From the NCBI GenBank assembly GCA_965199495.1, contig CBDASK010000003.1, forward strand, positions 192,001 to 256,000: a DNA stretch of 64,000 nucleotides, given 5' to 3'. Shown here one piece after another: positions 61,741 to 64,000 of the stretch. The translations under genes and the position numbers were made by a program. Each line of letters starts with the position of its first letter. Position 1 is the stretch's first letter. The DNA comes from Abditibacterium sp. Lineage in GTDB: Bacteria; Armatimonadota; Abditibacteriia; Abditibacteriales; Abditibacteriaceae. The notes under the pieces were generated by a model. It searched no databases. It saw nothing but the letters and a program-made list of their open reading frames with translations, and was not told the origin of the DNA.

Positions 61741-62169
61741 TCAACCGAAAACATGCGCGATTGAAACGCGTGGCTTTTTCGATGACTTATCGCGCCAAAT
61801 CAGATGGGGTCGCGCGCGACAATATTCCACCACGCAATCGGTGATGCGGTCATAGCAATTTTCGTCGGCGCCAGTCAATCCGCGCCCATGTTGCCGCATG
61901 ATCTCGATATCTTCTTCGATTTGTCTCATGGTTTCTTCATCAAAGATACTTTTTAGCCGCAAGCGTTGGCGCAAAAAAGTCGCTAAACGTTGATAACTCG
62001 GAAAGAAGTTGGCGCTACCATTGCGATAATAATCGCTTTCCAATTTTCGGATCGCGCGAACCAGTTCGCCCTGAACCGATTCGGCTTCGCCGCTTTGAGG
62101 CACAAGCAAATCGAAGAGTTCGTCATATTCTTTCTGGTAACGCCCCTTGAAATTGAGGTAAAGCATCAT
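61741..62169 (-). CDS. hypothetical protein (LVPxSGxAxxVQGE..YYRNG motif)
   Basis: 142-aa ORF with plausible globular composition. Confidence 0.7.
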   Translation of the reverse strand: MMLYLNFKGRYQKEYDELFDLLVPQSGEAESVQGELVRAIRKLESDYYRNGSANFFPSYQRLATFLRQRLRLKSIFDEETMRQIEEDIEIMRQHGRGLTGADENCYDRITDCVVEYCRARPHLIWRDKSSKKPRVSIAHVFG

Positions 62170-62201
62170 AATTTATTCCGCATAAAAGCTACAAAATAGC
62201 A

Positions 62202-62246
62202 AAATTTGGGCGGCGCTTCGCACCCCGCGAAACACCGCCCAAATTT
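62202..62246. terminator. hairpin after the oxidoreductase gene
   Basis: AAATTTGGGCGG..CCGCCCAAATTT. Confidence 0.6.
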
Positions 62247-62251
62247 CAATT

Positions 62252-64000
62252 CTACTCCCGCCCGCGCCACCAATTCCACGCCGACACAACGCCCACACCA
62301 ACAGCCACGGCGCCCGCGCCGATGATGGCGATTGTCTTCAACAGCGACGGTTGCGACGGATAGCTCGCCGCGAATTTGTCCGGCGATTCGCTCGGCCCGC
62401 GCACGCCCTGCGTTTGCGCGAGATGCAGCACTTCGGCCAAGTGCAGCGCGTGACGTTCGGTGGTTTGCGAGATTTGTTCGCGGCACGAAAAACCGTCGGC
62501 GATGAGAAGCTCGTCGTCGTTGGCATCGCGCACGGCGGGCAAAAGCACGCGTTCGCCGCACTTAATCGAGACATCGTAATGCTCGCCTTTCTCGAAACCG
62601 AAGGCGCCCGCCATGCCGCAACAACCGGAATCCAACTCGTTGAAATCTACGCCCATGTCGCGCAGAATTTCGATTTCATCGGTCATGCCCATAATCGAAA
62701 TATGGTGACAATGGCCGTGAACGACGGCTTTGCGTTCGAGTTTCGGCGCTTGCCAATTTTTCAAATGGCCATTAAGATATTCCGACAGCAAAAGCGTGTT
62801 GCTTTTCAGGCGTTGCGCATCGTGATCGTTGGGAAACAGATTGGTCAGCTCGTCGCGAAAAGTCGCGCAACAGCTCGGCTCCAAGACGATCATCGGCGTG
62901 CCCTGGCGGATTTCTTCGCGTAGGGCGGCCAAGATTTTTTGCAACCAATCTTTGGCCATGCCAAGCATTCCGAAATCGTAGAGCGGGCGTCCGCAGCACA
63001 AAAATGGGAACGGCACCACGACGTTGCAACCGGCGTTTTCCAAAACTTCGCACGCGGCTTGGGCCGTCGTCGGGTGGAAATAGTTGTTGAAACTATCGGG
63101 AAACAGAATCACGCGCGGCCCGGTCGCGTGCGGATCGAAAATCGTGGTGCGCGCGTGGCCGCTCTCGTCGTGGGGTTTCCAGCCGCGCTGCGTCATGCGC
63201 GCCACGAACCATTCTTTGAACGAATGATCGGCAAACGGCGGCATCCGGCGCTGCGGCGCGATGCCGACGACGGCTTTAAAAGCGTCGCTCAGAAGCGGCG
63301 ATTGCGTGGCGAAGTTGGCCAAAAATCGCAGATAGGGAACGGCGAAAACGAAGCGCGAAACCTGCGAAATCACGCCGAAAACGTAGGCGTGAACCGGGCG
63401 CAAACGGCCTTTGTAATAGTGCGCCAAAAACTCGGCTTTGTAGGTCGCGATATCCACTTTAACCGGGCATTGGCCTTTGCAGCCCTTGCACGACAAACAC
63501 AAATCGAGCGATTCTTTGACGTGTTCGTCCTTCCAGCCGTCGGCGATGGTTTCGCCGCGCAACATCTCGAACAGCATATGGGCGCGCCCGCGCGTGACGT
63601 GTTCTTCTTCGCGCGTGACCTGATAACTTGGACACATCAAACCGCCGTCTTCGCGGCGACATTTGCCCACACCAACGCAACGCAACGTCGCGCGCGCGAA
63701 ACTGCCGTTGTCATCGGGGAATTGGAAGTAGGTTTCCGGCTCGTCGGGATTGTAATCGGTGCCCAAACGCAGATTCGACAAAATCGGATAAGCGTTGACG
63801 ACTTTGCCGGGATTGAGCCGGTTTTCCGGGTCGAAAATCGTCTTCATTTCGCCCATCGCTTGCATGATTTGTGGGCCGAACATCATCGGCAATAGCTCGG
63901 CGCGCGACTGGCCGTCGCCATGTTCGCCCGACAGCGAGCCGCCATAACTCACCACCAACTTCGCAGCAGCCACGGCGAAGGCGTGATAATTTTCCAAACC
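62252..64000 (-). CDS. FAD-linked / 4Fe-4S oxidoreductase (GlcD-GlcF fusion type), 5' end outside the window
   Basis: SGEHGDG, LNPGK, CVGVGKC, CLSCKGC..CP, two CCG motifs. Confidence 0.9.
   Translation of the reverse strand, partial: GLENYHAFAVAAAKLVVSYGGSLSGEHGDGQSRAELLPMMFGPQIMQAMGEMKTIFDPENRLNPGKVVNAYPILSNLRLGTDYNPDEPETYFQFPDDNGSFARATLRCVGVGKCRREDGGLMCPSYQVTREEEHVTRGRAHMLFEMLRGETIADGWKDEHVKESLDLCLSCKGCKGQCPVKVDIATYKAEFLAHYYKGRLRPVHAYVFGVISQVSRFVFAVPYLRFLANFATQSPLLSDAFKAVVGIAPQRRMPPFADHSFKEWFVARMTQRGWKPHDESGHARTTIFDPHATGPRVILFPDSFNNYFHPTTAQAACEVLENAGCNVVVPFPFLCCGRPLYDFGMLGMAKDWLQKILAALREEIRQGTPMIVLEPSCCATFRDELTNLFPNDHDAQRLKSNTLLLSEYLNGHLKNWQAPKLERKAVVHGHCHHISIMGMTDEIEILRDMGVDFNELDSGCCGMAGAFGFEKGEHYDVSIKCGERVLLPAVRDANDDELLIADGFSCREQISQTTERHALHLAEVLHLAQTQGVRGPSESPDKFAASYPSQPSLLKTIAIIGAGAVAVGVGVVSAWNWWRGRE

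Overview
GC-rich bacterial chromosomal segment; protein style (DUF1559/H-X9-DG protein, GCGGGG lipoproteins with PT-rich linkers) suggests Armatimonadota/Abditibacteriota, which is an inference only. Contents in order: a partial secreted protein; an AAA ATPase; a siaABCD c-di-GMP operon; a sugar-utilisation cluster; several secreted proteins; a complete tuf-S10-spc ribosomal protein superoperon (minus strand, 19.0-34.3 kb); a DUF559 nuclease; a two-kinase/REC/GGDEF-EAL signalling cluster; fabI; a GH5-like hydrolase; purA; tRNA-Lys; an aminopeptidase; and a partial FAD/Fe-S oxidoreductase. Main observations: (1) the non-palindromic 8-mer CAGCCACG occurs at least 46 times on both strands (hand count; about 3-4 expected), inside genes and as inverted pairs, like a DNA-uptake or HIP1-type signal. 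(2) All 15 junctions of the ribosomal superoperon that are not overlapping or abutting hold either a long palindromic element or an inserted gene (four ORFans plus transaldolase). (3) rpsE reads through 149 nt of rpmD in another frame. (4) About 24 intergenic palindromes fall into at least 8 families, one lying next to a DUF559 nuclease gene. No CRISPR array, integrase or transposase was seen.
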